The translations under genes and the position numbers were made by a program. A DNA stretch of 64,000 bases, taken from contig DATGEQ010000089.1 of assembly GCA_035309945.1 (NCBI GenBank), forward strand, positions 6,854 through 70,853, in the 5' to 3' direction. The DNA is from Gemmatimonadales bacterium (GTDB lineage Bacteria; Gemmatimonadota; Gemmatimonadetes; Gemmatimonadales; GWC2-71-9). The notes beneath the pieces are model-generated. The model had not been told where the DNA came from and did not search any database. It worked only from the letters and a program-made list of their open reading frames with translations. Shown piece by piece: positions 38,269 through 47,425 of this stretch; the stretch's first letter is position 1, and every line of letters begins with the position of its first letter.

Positions 38269-38535
38269 CTAACGGAGTCGAGTGATCCGGCGAATGGTGT
38301 CGAGCGCCGCAAGGGGATCGGGCCCCGCGCCTCTCTGCGCAGCGGGCGGTGGGGGAGGGGCCGCGATGCCGTCCCGGATATCGAGCAGGACTTCGAGCAG
38401 CAGCTGCTCGCGTTGATAGGCGGCATCGAGGTCCGCCATGCGACGCTCATCCTTCGCCGCCTTGGCGCGCTCGTAGGCTTCCCGATACACCGTATCGAGA
38501 TTGTCGAGAATCTGTTGGCGCGGTCGGGGGCTCAC
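38269..38535 (-). CDS. Small helical protein (88 aa) with a Pro5 linker
   Basis: The GTG start overlaps the upstream stop (GTGA). The stop TAG overlaps the AGGAGG of the next gene. I recognised no domain. Confidence 0.55.
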   Translation of the reverse strand: MSPRPRQQILDNLDTVYREAYERAKAAKDERRMADLDAAYQREQLLLEVLLDIRDGIAAPPPPPAAQRGAGPDPLAALDTIRRITRLR

Positions 38536-39722
38536 CTGGTGAGCTTCTGGAGCCGCTGCTGCGCATCGGTGCGCAGGTCCGCGGCGCGCAGCGGCGCGAG
38601 CGCGAGATACTTGGTGTACTGATCGCGGGCCTCGTCGGTCAGCCCCAGCTCTTCCGCCGAGCGTCCGAGCAAATAGTAGGTCGGCGCATAGCGCGGATCG
38701 ATCTTGACCGCTTTCAGCAGCGGGTCTTCGGCTTGGGTGACCTGCCCGTCGTTGAACAGCGATGCAGCCAGATCAAACAACACGGTCGGGTCGTCGGAGC
38801 CGGCCTCCGCGGCCCGACGGCGCTCGGTCAACGCATCCGCCGCCTGTCCATTCTCCTCGTACAGGTTCGCAAGATGGATGTGCGCCATCACCAGGCCGAG
38901 ATCGTGAACGAGCGCCTCCTGATACAGCGCGATGGCGCTATCGCGGTGCCGCGTGAGCTCCTGCAATGACGCCAGCACGAAACGGTACTCGTTGTCGCGC
39001 AGCGGCACGTGCACGATCTCGTCGCGTTGCTGCCGCTTGATCGCTCGGTCGAGCAGCATGCGGAAATCGCCCATGGCGGCGTTGTACTGCCAACTGTGCG
39101 CGGCCGCGAGTCCGCGATACCAGAGGATGTAATCGGGGATTTTCTCCGGATGATGCACCCCGTCGAACTCGCGTTCCACGAGCTTCTGCATGCGGTCGTA
39201 CGCCAGGCGATAGCGCCCCAATCCGAGGTCGACGTACCAGGCGTAGGACCTCTGGTACGCCAGCCATTCAGCGTTCGACATGTCCGCCACGGACGGATCA
39301 TCGATTTCGAAGGCGACACCGAGGATCTGCAGATTGACCATTGGCATCGTGCGAATCGCGCGCTGGTAGAACCCTTCGGCCTCGGTGAGCGCCGGCTTCC
39401 ACGAATCGGGGACGCGTCCATCGATTTCCTCGTCGCCGAGAGACGGACGGCGCGCGAACGGGAGGAAATACAGCGCCAGATAGGCGTCGGCGTAGCGTGG
39501 ATCGAGCTGCACGGCCAGCCGCAATAAGCTGTCGGTCTGGCGCCAGTGATGCTGCTTCCAGTGCGCCAGCGCGAGGATGTATTGACGCTGGGAATCGTTC
39601 GTGTCCTCACGAGCAAACGCTTCAACATCCTTGAGGCTGCGATCGAGGATCGTGAGCTGCTGCGCCTGCAACGCTGAAACGGTGAAACCGAGATACAGCA
39701 ACACGAGCATAGTCCTGCGCAT
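38532..39722 (-). CDS. Secreted TPR-repeat protein, paralogue 2
   Basis: Start ATG 39722 (MRRTMLVLLYLGFTVSALQAQQ) is preceded by GGGAG. It is a paralogue of the protein at 35141..36337. Confidence 0.75.
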   Translation of the reverse strand: MRRTMLVLLYLGFTVSALQAQQLTILDRSLKDVEAFAREDTNDSQRQYILALAHWKQHHWRQTDSLLRLAVQLDPRYADAYLALYFLPFARRPSLGDEEIDGRVPDSWKPALTEAEGFYQRAIRTMPMVNLQILGVAFEIDDPSVADMSNAEWLAYQRSYAWYVDLGLGRYRLAYDRMQKLVEREFDGVHHPEKIPDYILWYRGLAAAHSWQYNAAMGDFRMLLDRAIKRQQRDEIVHVPLRDNEYRFVLASLQELTRHRDSAIALYQEALVHDLGLVMAHIHLANLYEENGQAADALTERRRAAEAGSDDPTVLFDLAASLFNDGQVTQAEDPLLKAVKIDPRYAPTYYLLGRSAEELGLTDEARDQYTKYLALAPLRAADLRTDAQQRLQKLTR

Positions 39723-39750
39723 GACACGCTCCCGACGGCGTCCGCCCGCC

Positions 39751-39757
39751 AATATAT
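39751..39757. promoter_or_regulatory. AT-rich AATATAT element, candidate shared -10 for divergent promoters
   Basis: This is the only AT-rich element in the 73-nt gap between the starts at 39722 (minus) and 39796 (plus). It reads TATATT on the minus strand and TATATC on the plus strand. Confidence 0.3.
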
Positions 39758-39795
39758 CGGTGGATTCACGGCGGCGAGAGGGATAGCTTCCCTGC

Positions 39796-40326
39796 ATGAT
39801 GCTGACCGGAAAACGCGTCCTCTTCTTCGCCGCGCCTTTGTACGAAGATCTCGAGCTCTGGTATCCCAAGATCCGGCTCGAGGAAGAAGGCGCGAGCACG
39901 ACGGTCGCCGGTATGGGCGAGAAAACCTATCCAGGTAAACGCGGCTATCCCGTCACGGCCGACACCGACGTCGATAAAGTCGTTGCAGCGGATTTCGATG
40001 GACTCGTGATCCCCGGCGGGTTCGCACCCGATCAGTTGCGGCGGTCGGACAACGTTTTGCGGCTGACGCGCGAGATCTACCAGTCCGGCAAGCCTCTGGC
40101 CTTCATCTGTCACGCCGGCTGGGTGCCGATCTCGGCCAAGATTCTGAAAGGAAAGCGCGCGACGAGCGTGCGCGCCATCAAGGACGACATGGAGAACGCG
40201 GGCGTGATCTGGGAGGACAGCGCGGTCGTGGTCGACGGGAATCTGATCTCGTCCCGCACGCCCGCCGACCTCCCGCAGTTTTGCAGAGCGCTGATTGCCG
40301 CGCTACGACAGGGGCCGCAAGACTAG
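39796..40326 (+). CDS. DJ-1/PfpI-family protein
   Basis: 176 aa. Contains GLVIPGGFAPD and the nucleophile elbow AFICHAGW. Confidence 0.85.
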   Translation: MMLTGKRVLFFAAPLYEDLELWYPKIRLEEEGASTTVAGMGEKTYPGKRGYPVTADTDVDKVVAADFDGLVIPGGFAPDQLRRSDNVLRLTREIYQSGKPLAFICHAGWVPISAKILKGKRATSVRAIKDDMENAGVIWEDSAVVVDGNLISSRTPADLPQFCRALIAALRQGPQD

Positions 40327-41538
40327 CCCGCTCGGTACTTTCGGCACGAAGTACGTCGATTTCGGCGGCATCACGTCGCCGGCATCGGCAACCGCAAACA
40401 CCTGTTCGACCTTCGTCGGATTGTGTAACACCGCGAGCGCTGCGCCGCCGTGCTGGACCGCGCGCAACGCTTCACTCGCGTCGGCGACATAACGCACGAT
40501 CGGCGTCGATGTCCCGGCGCCGAGGATCTCCTTGACCACCAGCGATTCGATCCGCGCGACGTCGAGCTCGCGCACCGCGGTGCTGTGCGCGAGGCTCGGC
40601 AGCCGATCGGGCAGGACACCGGGCTTGAGCAGCAAGCCGATGATGCGCGAGCGATCGGCGACGAGACACGCGGTGCGGTCCTTACCTAACGAGGCGAGCG
40701 CCGCGACGGGATCGCGACCGGAGGCCAGTGTTTGGACCTCGAACCAATCCTGCCAGCGCGGCAACATCCGGTCCAATTCGCGCCCCGTTCCGAAAATCAC
40801 CCGATGCGTCGGCAAGACGGCGAGACCGGGATCCCGTGCCGAGACGATCAATGCGAGTACGCGATCGGCGGAGGGGTTCTCGGCGGCATACGCGCTCGCC
40901 GTTTCGTAGCGGTGGTGCCCGTCGGCGATGTACAACGGGGACTGGGGAAGCGGGAAGCGGGACGGGTCACGCACGATCCAGAGGCGAATCCCCACGCCGT
41001 CGAGCTCGGCGGTCGCGTCGGGTTTCCCTTGCGAAGCCTGCGCCAGCGCGTTCGCCAGCATCCGATTGTCATCCGGCGCAAGCAGAAAGATCGATTCGAT
41101 GTTCGTCGCCGTCGCGCGGAGCAGCGCCAGGCGATCCGCTTTTGGCCCAGCGTGCGTGTGCTCGTGCGGGCGAATGCGGCGTGGCTCGTAGCCTTCAGCC
41201 GCGACAGCGGCAAAGACACCGCGGCGCGTGCGGCGTTCGCCGTTGGGGAGCGTAAAATCCTGCGCGAGGACGTACAGCGCCGGCCCGGCGTCGCGCCGCA
41301 GGACGCTCGCGCGTCGCCACGCGCCGAGGCGCTCCGCGGCGGCACTGTAGCGCGCCTCGTCGCGCGCACCGGGCGGTGCTTCCGGGAGCATGACGTGCAC
41401 GATATTGTCGGGATCGAGCGCGGCGAGGCGGGCGCGCTCCGGCGGATCGATCACATCGTACGGCGGCGCAATCAAATTGCTCAGCCGGTCTACGGCAGCG
41501 TATCGCTCACCCTGAAACGGCGCGACGAGGTCAGCCAT
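40303..41538 (-). CDS. DUF1015-family protein
   Basis: 411 aa. MADLVAPFQGERYAA...LIAPPYDVI and LYIADGHHRYETA match the DUF1015 signature. Confidence 0.8.
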   Translation of the reverse strand: MADLVAPFQGERYAAVDRLSNLIAPPYDVIDPPERARLAALDPDNIVHVMLPEAPPGARDEARYSAAAERLGAWRRASVLRRDAGPALYVLAQDFTLPNGERRTRRGVFAAVAAEGYEPRRIRPHEHTHAGPKADRLALLRATATNIESIFLLAPDDNRMLANALAQASQGKPDATAELDGVGIRLWIVRDPSRFPLPQSPLYIADGHHRYETASAYAAENPSADRVLALIVSARDPGLAVLPTHRVIFGTGRELDRMLPRWQDWFEVQTLASGRDPVAALASLGKDRTACLVADRSRIIGLLLKPGVLPDRLPSLAHSTAVRELDVARIESLVVKEILGAGTSTPIVRYVADASEALRAVQHGGAALAVLHNPTKVEQVFAVADAGDVMPPKSTYFVPKVPSGLVLRPLS

Positions 41539-41857
41539 GAGCTTTCGGGAAGCGCAGCAGCGAGTCGACGATTGGGTGAGTCAGTTCGTAGAGGGCTATT
41601 TCCCCCCGCTCGCCAATGTCGCGCGACTCACCGAAGAAGTCGGCGAGCTGGCCCGTGAGATCAATCACCAATTTGGCCCCAAGCAGAAGAAGGCGGACGA
41701 GCCGCCCGGCTCGATCGCGATGGAGCTCGCCGACGTTCTGTTGGTGGTCATCTGCATCGCGAACTCGCAACGCATCGATCTCGATGCCGCGTTCGAACAG
41801 GTGATGACCAAGGTCACCTCCCGCGACGGCGGCCGCTGGACCAGGAAGGTTCGTTGA
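41537..41857 (+). CDS. MazG-like nucleotide pyrophosphohydrolase domain protein
   Basis: 106 aa. Contains LTEEVGELAREI and ELADVLLVVICIAN motifs. GAGG lies 6 nt upstream of the ATG. Confidence 0.8.
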   Translation: MSFREAQQRVDDWVSQFVEGYFPPLANVARLTEEVGELAREINHQFGPKQKKADEPPGSIAMELADVLLVVICIANSQRIDLDAAFEQVMTKVTSRDGGRWTRKVR

Positions 41858-42728
41858 CTTCTTCGTAGATCCGCTCGTACGACAGGAGCCGGTCGGGGTC
41901 GATGGCCCCTTCCGGCGCGCTGCGGACCGCACAGCCGGGTTCGGCCAGGTGCCGGCAATTGTCGAAGCGGCATTGATCGAGAAATGGCCGGAACTCCGGA
42001 AAGCACGCGCCCAGGGAGTTCGGCTCGATGCCCCACGCGCCGACTTCGCGTAAGCCCGGCGTATCGATCACATAACCGACACCGGCGACCGGAACGAGCT
42101 CCGCGGCCGTGGTCGTGTGCTTTCCCGTGCGCCACTTCTCGCTGATCGCTCCGACGCGGAGCTTGAGTCCCGGCTCGAGCGCATTGAGCAGGCTGGATTT
42201 TCCGACGCCCGATGCGCCGGTAAAGACCGACTCGCGGCCGCGCAGCAAGTCGCGCAGCGCCGCGAGCCCCTCCTCGACTTTCACCGACGTCGGCAAGATC
42301 TGGTACTCCGCCGGACCGAACCGCTTGGCGAGCGCCGTCGCCACCGCGGGATCGAGCTCGGTTTTGTTCACGACGATCGCCGCCGGGAGACCGTTCGCCT
42401 CCGCAATGACGAGAATGCGATCCAGCATCCGCGGACTGGGCTCCGGATCGCGAGCGGATGTGACGACGATGACCTGATCGACGTTGGCCGCGACGGGCTG
42501 GGAACGGCGTTGTCCGCTCCCGGCCTCGCGCCGCGCAAGTACGGAACGGCGTGGCCGAATCTCCGCGATCGTCGATCCCTCGAGGACGACGACGTCGCCG
42601 GGGACGACGCGATCGGAGTCCTGATACTTCAGTTTGCCGCGCAGCGTGGCCGTGATTTCGCCCGCAGCGGTGTGCACGCGGTATGCTCCCGCGGTGCGCG
42701 CGAGCACCACGCCGCTCGTCGCGGTCAT
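41814..42728 (-). CDS. rsgA: Ribosome small-subunit-dependent GTPase A
   Basis: Start ATG 42728. Contains NKTEL, GASGVGKSSLLNAL, DTPG and the zinc motif CRFDNCRHLAEPGCAV. Confidence 0.9.
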   Translation of the reverse strand: MTATSGVVLARTAGAYRVHTAAGEITATLRGKLKYQDSDRVVPGDVVVLEGSTIAEIRPRRSVLARREAGSGQRRSQPVAANVDQVIVVTSARDPEPSPRMLDRILVIAEANGLPAAIVVNKTELDPAVATALAKRFGPAEYQILPTSVKVEEGLAALRDLLRGRESVFTGASGVGKSSLLNALEPGLKLRVGAISEKWRTGKHTTTAAELVPVAGVGYVIDTPGLREVGAWGIEPNSLGACFPEFRPFLDQCRFDNCRHLAEPGCAVRSAPEGAIDPDRLLSYERIYEEVNEPSWSSGRRRGR

Positions 42729-43033
42729 GCCGAGGCCTTCCCGCGCGCCACGCACTGATCGAGATGGGCTTTCACCTGCTCGAGCGTGAGCGCCAGCAGC
42801 GGCGCGAGTGCCTCCTCCGGTGTCGCGCCGAAGCCCAGGTAATCGGTCTCGAGATGCCCGACGGGACTGCCACTTTCGCCCCAACGCACGAACAGGAGAG
42901 CGGCGCCGTACGCGCCGTCCGACCCCGCATCGTCGGCGAAGGTCGCGACCGAGTACGCCTGACCGTCGGCCGCGCCGAACGCTGGCGGACGGCCGTGCAT
43001 CTGCTGGTAGCCGCCTAACGTCGTGTCGTCCAT
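42725..43033 (-). CDS. Hypothetical protein (102 aa)
   Basis: ATG 43033 is preceded by AAGGA. The stop overlaps the rsgA ATG (ATGA). I recognised no domain. Confidence 0.5.
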   Translation of the reverse strand: MDDTTLGGYQQMHGRPPAFGAADGQAYSVATFADDAGSDGAYGAALLFVRWGESGSPVGHLETDYLGFGATPEEALAPLLALTLEQVKAHLDQCVARGKASA

Positions 43034-43947
43034 TCCTTGAGGATGTTGGAGGTAATGAATGCGATGTTCGCGGGACGCTCGGCCAGGCGGCGCATGAGAT
43101 AGGGGTACCAGTGCGACCCGAACGGGACGTACACGCGCACGTTGTAGCCTTCCCGCCGCAGTCCATACTGGAGATCGCGTCGCACGCCGTACAGCATCTG
43201 GAACTCGAATCGCTCGACGGGAATGCGACGTTGCTTGGCAAATGCTTTGGCGTGGTCGATGATCTTCAAGTCGTGCGTCGCGATTCCTGGGTAGTTGCCG
43301 CGCTCCATCAATTGCTCCATGCAATCGATGAAGTTGGCGTCGACGTCGCGCTTCTCGGGAAACGCCACGTCTTCCGGTTCTTTGTAGGCGCCCTTACAGA
43401 GGCGCACGCGCGCGCCCAGCCGGATCATGGTGGCGACGTCGGCCGCGGTACGGCGCAGGTACGACTGGAGCACGACCCCGACGGCATTCCCGAACTCGGG
43501 ATAGAACACGTCCTTGAACAGCGCAATCGTCTTGGCGGTGTAGCTGGACTGCTCCATGTCGATGCGCACGAACGAATCGATCTGCTTCGCCTTGCCGACG
43601 ATTGCGCGCAGATTGGCCATGCACAGCTGTTCGTCGATGTCGAGCCCCATTTGCGTGAGCTTGATCGAAACATTGGCGTCGGCGTCGGTCGTGTGGATTC
43701 GGTCGAGGACATCGAGATACGTTCTGCAAGCGCGACGCGCTTCATCGGCGTGTTGTACCGACTCGCCGAGCAGATCCAACGACGCGGACAGGTGGCCGGT
43801 GTTCAGCTCGCGCAGCGTCGCCACGGCTTCGTCGATCGTCTCGCCGGCGACAAACCGGGATGCGAGTTTGCGGGCGAGCCGGTTCTTCCGGACGAAACGG
43901 AAGATGCGCGGCTGCTCGCTCAACCACAGAAATCCCGCGCGCAGCAT
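43015..43947 (-). CDS. Proline dehydrogenase
   Basis: 310 aa from ATG 43947. Shows monofunctional PRODH family features (VSIKLTQMG, VRLCKGAY, GIATHD, FQMLYG). Confidence 0.85.
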   Translation of the reverse strand: MLRAGFLWLSEQPRIFRFVRKNRLARKLASRFVAGETIDEAVATLRELNTGHLSASLDLLGESVQHADEARRACRTYLDVLDRIHTTDADANVSIKLTQMGLDIDEQLCMANLRAIVGKAKQIDSFVRIDMEQSSYTAKTIALFKDVFYPEFGNAVGVVLQSYLRRTAADVATMIRLGARVRLCKGAYKEPEDVAFPEKRDVDANFIDCMEQLMERGNYPGIATHDLKIIDHAKAFAKQRRIPVERFEFQMLYGVRRDLQYGLRREGYNVRVYVPFGSHWYPYLMRRLAERPANIAFITSNILKEWTTRR

Positions 43948-46109
43948 CAGCTGTAGAACGTTGTTCCCTGACGGGCCTGCTCGCGGAGCACCTCGCACGG
44001 CGCGAAGCGGACACCATGCCGCTCGGCCAGGCGCTCCAGGTCGGCGACGACGCGCTCGGCGCCGAGGTCGTCGCCGTAGCGCAGCGGACCGCCGCGGAAC
44101 GGCGGGAAGCCGAATCCGAAGATGGCGCCGATGTCGCCGTCGCGCGGATGGTGTACCACACCTTCACCAAGCGCGCGGGCCGCTTCGTTCACCATCGGCA
44201 GCACCAGGCGCTGGAGAATCTCGGCGGGTCGCGGGCCGCCGTTCGGGTGCACGCCCAGAAGACCGTACACGCTCTCATCGACCCCGCGCTTCTTGCCACC
44301 CTTGTAGACGTAAAAGCCTCGGGCCGATTTGCGCCCGAGACGTCCGGCTTTGACCAACGTGGCGACCCCCGCGCCCGGCGGGGGAACGATGTGATCGCCG
44401 TAGGCCTCCTGCATGACCGAGGCGACTTTGGTCGCGACGTCGAGACCGACTTCGTCGAGCAGGGTGACCGGGCCGACCGGGAACCCGAAGCGCACGGCCA
44501 AGCTGTCGACTTCTTCGATCGAAGCGCCTTCCGCGAGGAGATGGCCGACTTCGTTCGCGTACGGCGCGAGAATCCGGTTCACCCAGAAGCCCGGGCTGTC
44601 CTTAACGACGATGACGGTCTTCCCGATCCGCCGTCCGAAGGCGACCGCCGTGCTGATGGTTTGCGGCTCGGTGCGCGCGCCGGGGATGACCTCGAGCAGC
44701 GGCATCTTGGCGACCGGCGAAAAGAAGTGCATGCCGATGACGCGTTCCGGGACACGCGCCGCTTCCGCGATGCGGGTGATTGGGATCGTGGACGTGTTGG
44801 ATGCGAAGACGCCGTCGCGCGGCAGCATCGGCTCGACCTCGCGCAACACCTCTTGCTTGACCCCGATTTCCTCGAAGACCGCTTCGATTGTCAGCTCGGC
44901 GCGGCCAAATCCCGCGTAGCTGTCGCTTCCAGAAAGAAGCGCGACGAGCCGCGCGTACTCGTACTTCGTGATGCGCCGCCGCTTCAGCCGGTCGTCGAGG
45001 ATCGCGCGCGCCGCCAGAATCCCTTGACCGACACGCACCAAGTCGGCGTCCTTCATCCGGACGTCGACTTCCGCTTGCGCCACGGCCGTGCCCGCGATCC
45101 CGGAGCCCATGAAGCCGGAACCGATGATCCCGAGCCGCTCGACCCGCACCGGAGGCGGAGCGTTCTCGACCCCGGGGTCCTTTTTGAGCTGATTGGTCGC
45201 GAAGAAGATCTGGACCAGTTTGCGTGAGACGTCTGTTACTGCGAGCTGGCCGAACAACTGGGCTTCGCGTTTGAGTCCCTCGGTCATGCCGTGCTTGAGG
45301 CCGTACTCGGCGGCCTCGAGCGCGGCGAGCGGCGCCGGATAGTGCCCGCCGGTCTTCTCGAGCACCTGCTTGCGCGCCATCCGGAAGACCAGGCTTCGGC
45401 CCAGGGGATTGCCGTCGAGCAGCAATCCGAGGAAGCCGCCGGGCCGTTTGCGCTTGGGGCGCCAGCCCCCCGCCATCCGCTTCGCAGCCGCCGTTGTGAT
45501 CTCAGCGAGTATTGGTGGCGGGACGAGCTCGTCCACGATACCGAGCCGGAACGCCTTGGGCGCGCGCTCACTCTTGCCCGCGAGAATGATGTCGAGCGCA
45601 GCACGCGCGCCAATCAATCGCGGCAACCGCTGGCAGCCGCCCGCCGCGGGCAGGATGCCGAGCTGGACTTCGGGAAGGCCGATCTGCGTTTTGGGGTGAT
45701 CGGTGGCAACGCGGTATTGGCACGCCAGTGCGAATTCCAGCCCACCACCCAGGCAGGCGCCATGAATCCCGACTGCGATCGGTTTGGGAAACCGCGCGAC
45801 GCGATCGAGCATCTCCTGCCCGTCTGCCGAGAGTCGCTCCGCTTCCGCTGCCGAGCCGAGGGTGACGAACTCCTCGATGTCGGCGCCGGCGATGAAGTTG
45901 TCGGGCTTGCCGGACAGAAAGACGACCGCGCGAACGCTCGGATCGTCGGCCAGCGCGGCAAAGCAGGCGAGAAATTCGTCTTTGACGGCGCGCGAGATGA
46001 CGTTGACGGGCTGACCCTTCAAGTCCAGCACCACCGTCGCGATCCCGTCGGCGATCTCCCAGGTGACGGCTGGAGCGGTCCGCGACGGGGAGGACGCGAT
46101 CGTGGCCAC
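43947..46109 (-). CDS. fadJ: Bifunctional enoyl-CoA hydratase / 3-hydroxyacyl-CoA dehydrogenase
   Basis: GTG 46109 overlaps the thiolase stop by 1 nt. The N-terminal crotonase fold contains GACLGGGLEFALAC. The 3HCDH Rossmann motif is IIGSGFMGSGIA. Confidence 0.85.
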   Translation of the reverse strand: MATIASSPSRTAPAVTWEIADGIATVVLDLKGQPVNVISRAVKDEFLACFAALADDPSVRAVVFLSGKPDNFIAGADIEEFVTLGSAAEAERLSADGQEMLDRVARFPKPIAVGIHGACLGGGLEFALACQYRVATDHPKTQIGLPEVQLGILPAAGGCQRLPRLIGARAALDIILAGKSERAPKAFRLGIVDELVPPPILAEITTAAAKRMAGGWRPKRKRPGGFLGLLLDGNPLGRSLVFRMARKQVLEKTGGHYPAPLAALEAAEYGLKHGMTEGLKREAQLFGQLAVTDVSRKLVQIFFATNQLKKDPGVENAPPPVRVERLGIIGSGFMGSGIAGTAVAQAEVDVRMKDADLVRVGQGILAARAILDDRLKRRRITKYEYARLVALLSGSDSYAGFGRAELTIEAVFEEIGVKQEVLREVEPMLPRDGVFASNTSTIPITRIAEAARVPERVIGMHFFSPVAKMPLLEVIPGARTEPQTISTAVAFGRRIGKTVIVVKDSPGFWVNRILAPYANEVGHLLAEGASIEEVDSLAVRFGFPVGPVTLLDEVGLDVATKVASVMQEAYGDHIVPPPGAGVATLVKAGRLGRKSARGFYVYKGGKKRGVDESVYGLLGVHPNGGPRPAEILQRLVLPMVNEAARALGEGVVHHPRDGDIGAIFGFGFPPFRGGPLRYGDDLGAERVVADLERLAERHGVRFAPCEVLREQARQGTTFYS

Positions 46110-47368
46110 TACCGGCGCTCCAGCACCATGGCGAACGCCATGCCGCCCTGCGCGCACACGGAAATCAGGCCGTACTGCACGTCGCGGCGCCGCATTTCAT
46201 TGGACAGCGTCGTAACGAGCCGCCCGCCAGTCGCGCCGAACGGATGACCGATCGCAATCGAGCCGCCCATGACGTTGATGATGTCTTCGTTGATCTCCCA
46301 ACCTTTGGCCGCAAATCCCTGAAGGTTAGAGAGTACCTGCGATGCGAACGCCTCGTGGATTTCGATCAACCCCAAATCCTTCCACTGAATGCCGGCGCGT
46401 TCGAGCGCCTTCGGCACGGCCCAGACGGGCGCCTGCAGCAGTTGCCATCCCGGATCAACGGCCGCGACGGCGTAGGAGCGGATGTAGGTCAGCGGCTCGT
46501 AGCCGAGCGCGCGCGCTTTTTCATCGCTCATGAGCAGCACCGCCGACGCGCCATCGGTGAGCGGGGAAGAATTGGCGGCCGTAACGGTGCCATAGCGGCG
46601 GTCAAAGACGGGCCTGAGCTTGGCCATCTGATCGAGCGAAGTGTCACTGCGAATGCCATTGTCCTGACGCACGATCTCCGCACCGGGACGCTGCGGGAGC
46701 CACGGCACGATCTCCGCGGTCAACCGCCCGTCGGCCGTGCCCTCCGCCGCGAGCTTATGGCTGCGCAAGGCCCAGCGGTCCTGCGCTTCGCGCGGGATGT
46801 GATTCTCTTTCGCCATCTTCTCTGCCGACTGCCCCATCGACATCCCCGTCGACGGCTCGGCGATCGCGGGCGCGACGGGAACGAGATCCTTCGGGCGAAT
46901 CTTCGCGAACGTCCGGATGCGCGCGCCGAGCGACTTGGCTTTGCTCGCTTCGACGAGAATGTCGGCGAGCCGGCGCGACGCGAGAATCGGGATTTCCGAC
47001 AGCGCCTCCGCGCCGCCCGCGATGATGATGTTCGCGTTGCCGAGCGCGATCTGATCCTGCGCGGCGCTGATGGCCTGATTGGCGGACGCGCAGGCCCGAT
47101 TCAGTGAATAGGCGGGAATCTCTTTGGGAAATTGCGGCAGCAGGCTCACTTCGCGCCCGATATTCGGCACGAGCGCCGACGGCACCACCTGTCCGAAGAT
47201 CACTTCATCGACGTCCTGGCCATCGAGATTGGTTCGCTCGAGCAGCTCGCGCGCGGCGTAGCGCGCGAGATCGACCGCGCGCTGGTCTCTTAAGACGGTG
47301 CCGGCCTTGGCAAAGGGCGTACGGACGCCGGCGATCACTGCAACGCGACGACCGTTGAGACTCGGCAT
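46109..47368 (-). CDS. fadI: 3-ketoacyl-CoA thiolase (FadI-type)
   Basis: 419 aa. It is collinear with E. coli FadI as I recall it (GVRTPFA, NRACAS, LRPVFDRxxGTVTAANSSPLTDGA, GGSIAxGHPFxATG). Confidence 0.85.
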   Translation of the reverse strand: MPSLNGRRVAVIAGVRTPFAKAGTVLRDQRAVDLARYAARELLERTNLDGQDVDEVIFGQVVPSALVPNIGREVSLLPQFPKEIPAYSLNRACASANQAISAAQDQIALGNANIIIAGGAEALSEIPILASRRLADILVEASKAKSLGARIRTFAKIRPKDLVPVAPAIAEPSTGMSMGQSAEKMAKENHIPREAQDRWALRSHKLAAEGTADGRLTAEIVPWLPQRPGAEIVRQDNGIRSDTSLDQMAKLRPVFDRRYGTVTAANSSPLTDGASAVLLMSDEKARALGYEPLTYIRSYAVAAVDPGWQLLQAPVWAVPKALERAGIQWKDLGLIEIHEAFASQVLSNLQGFAAKGWEINEDIINVMGGSIAIGHPFGATGGRLVTTLSNEMRRRDVQYGLISVCAQGGMAFAMVLERR

Positions 47369-47425
47369 TAGATTGCCCCCTCCAGCAGGACTCGAAACCT
47401 ACCACCAGCCCCAAGTGGAGGGGAG

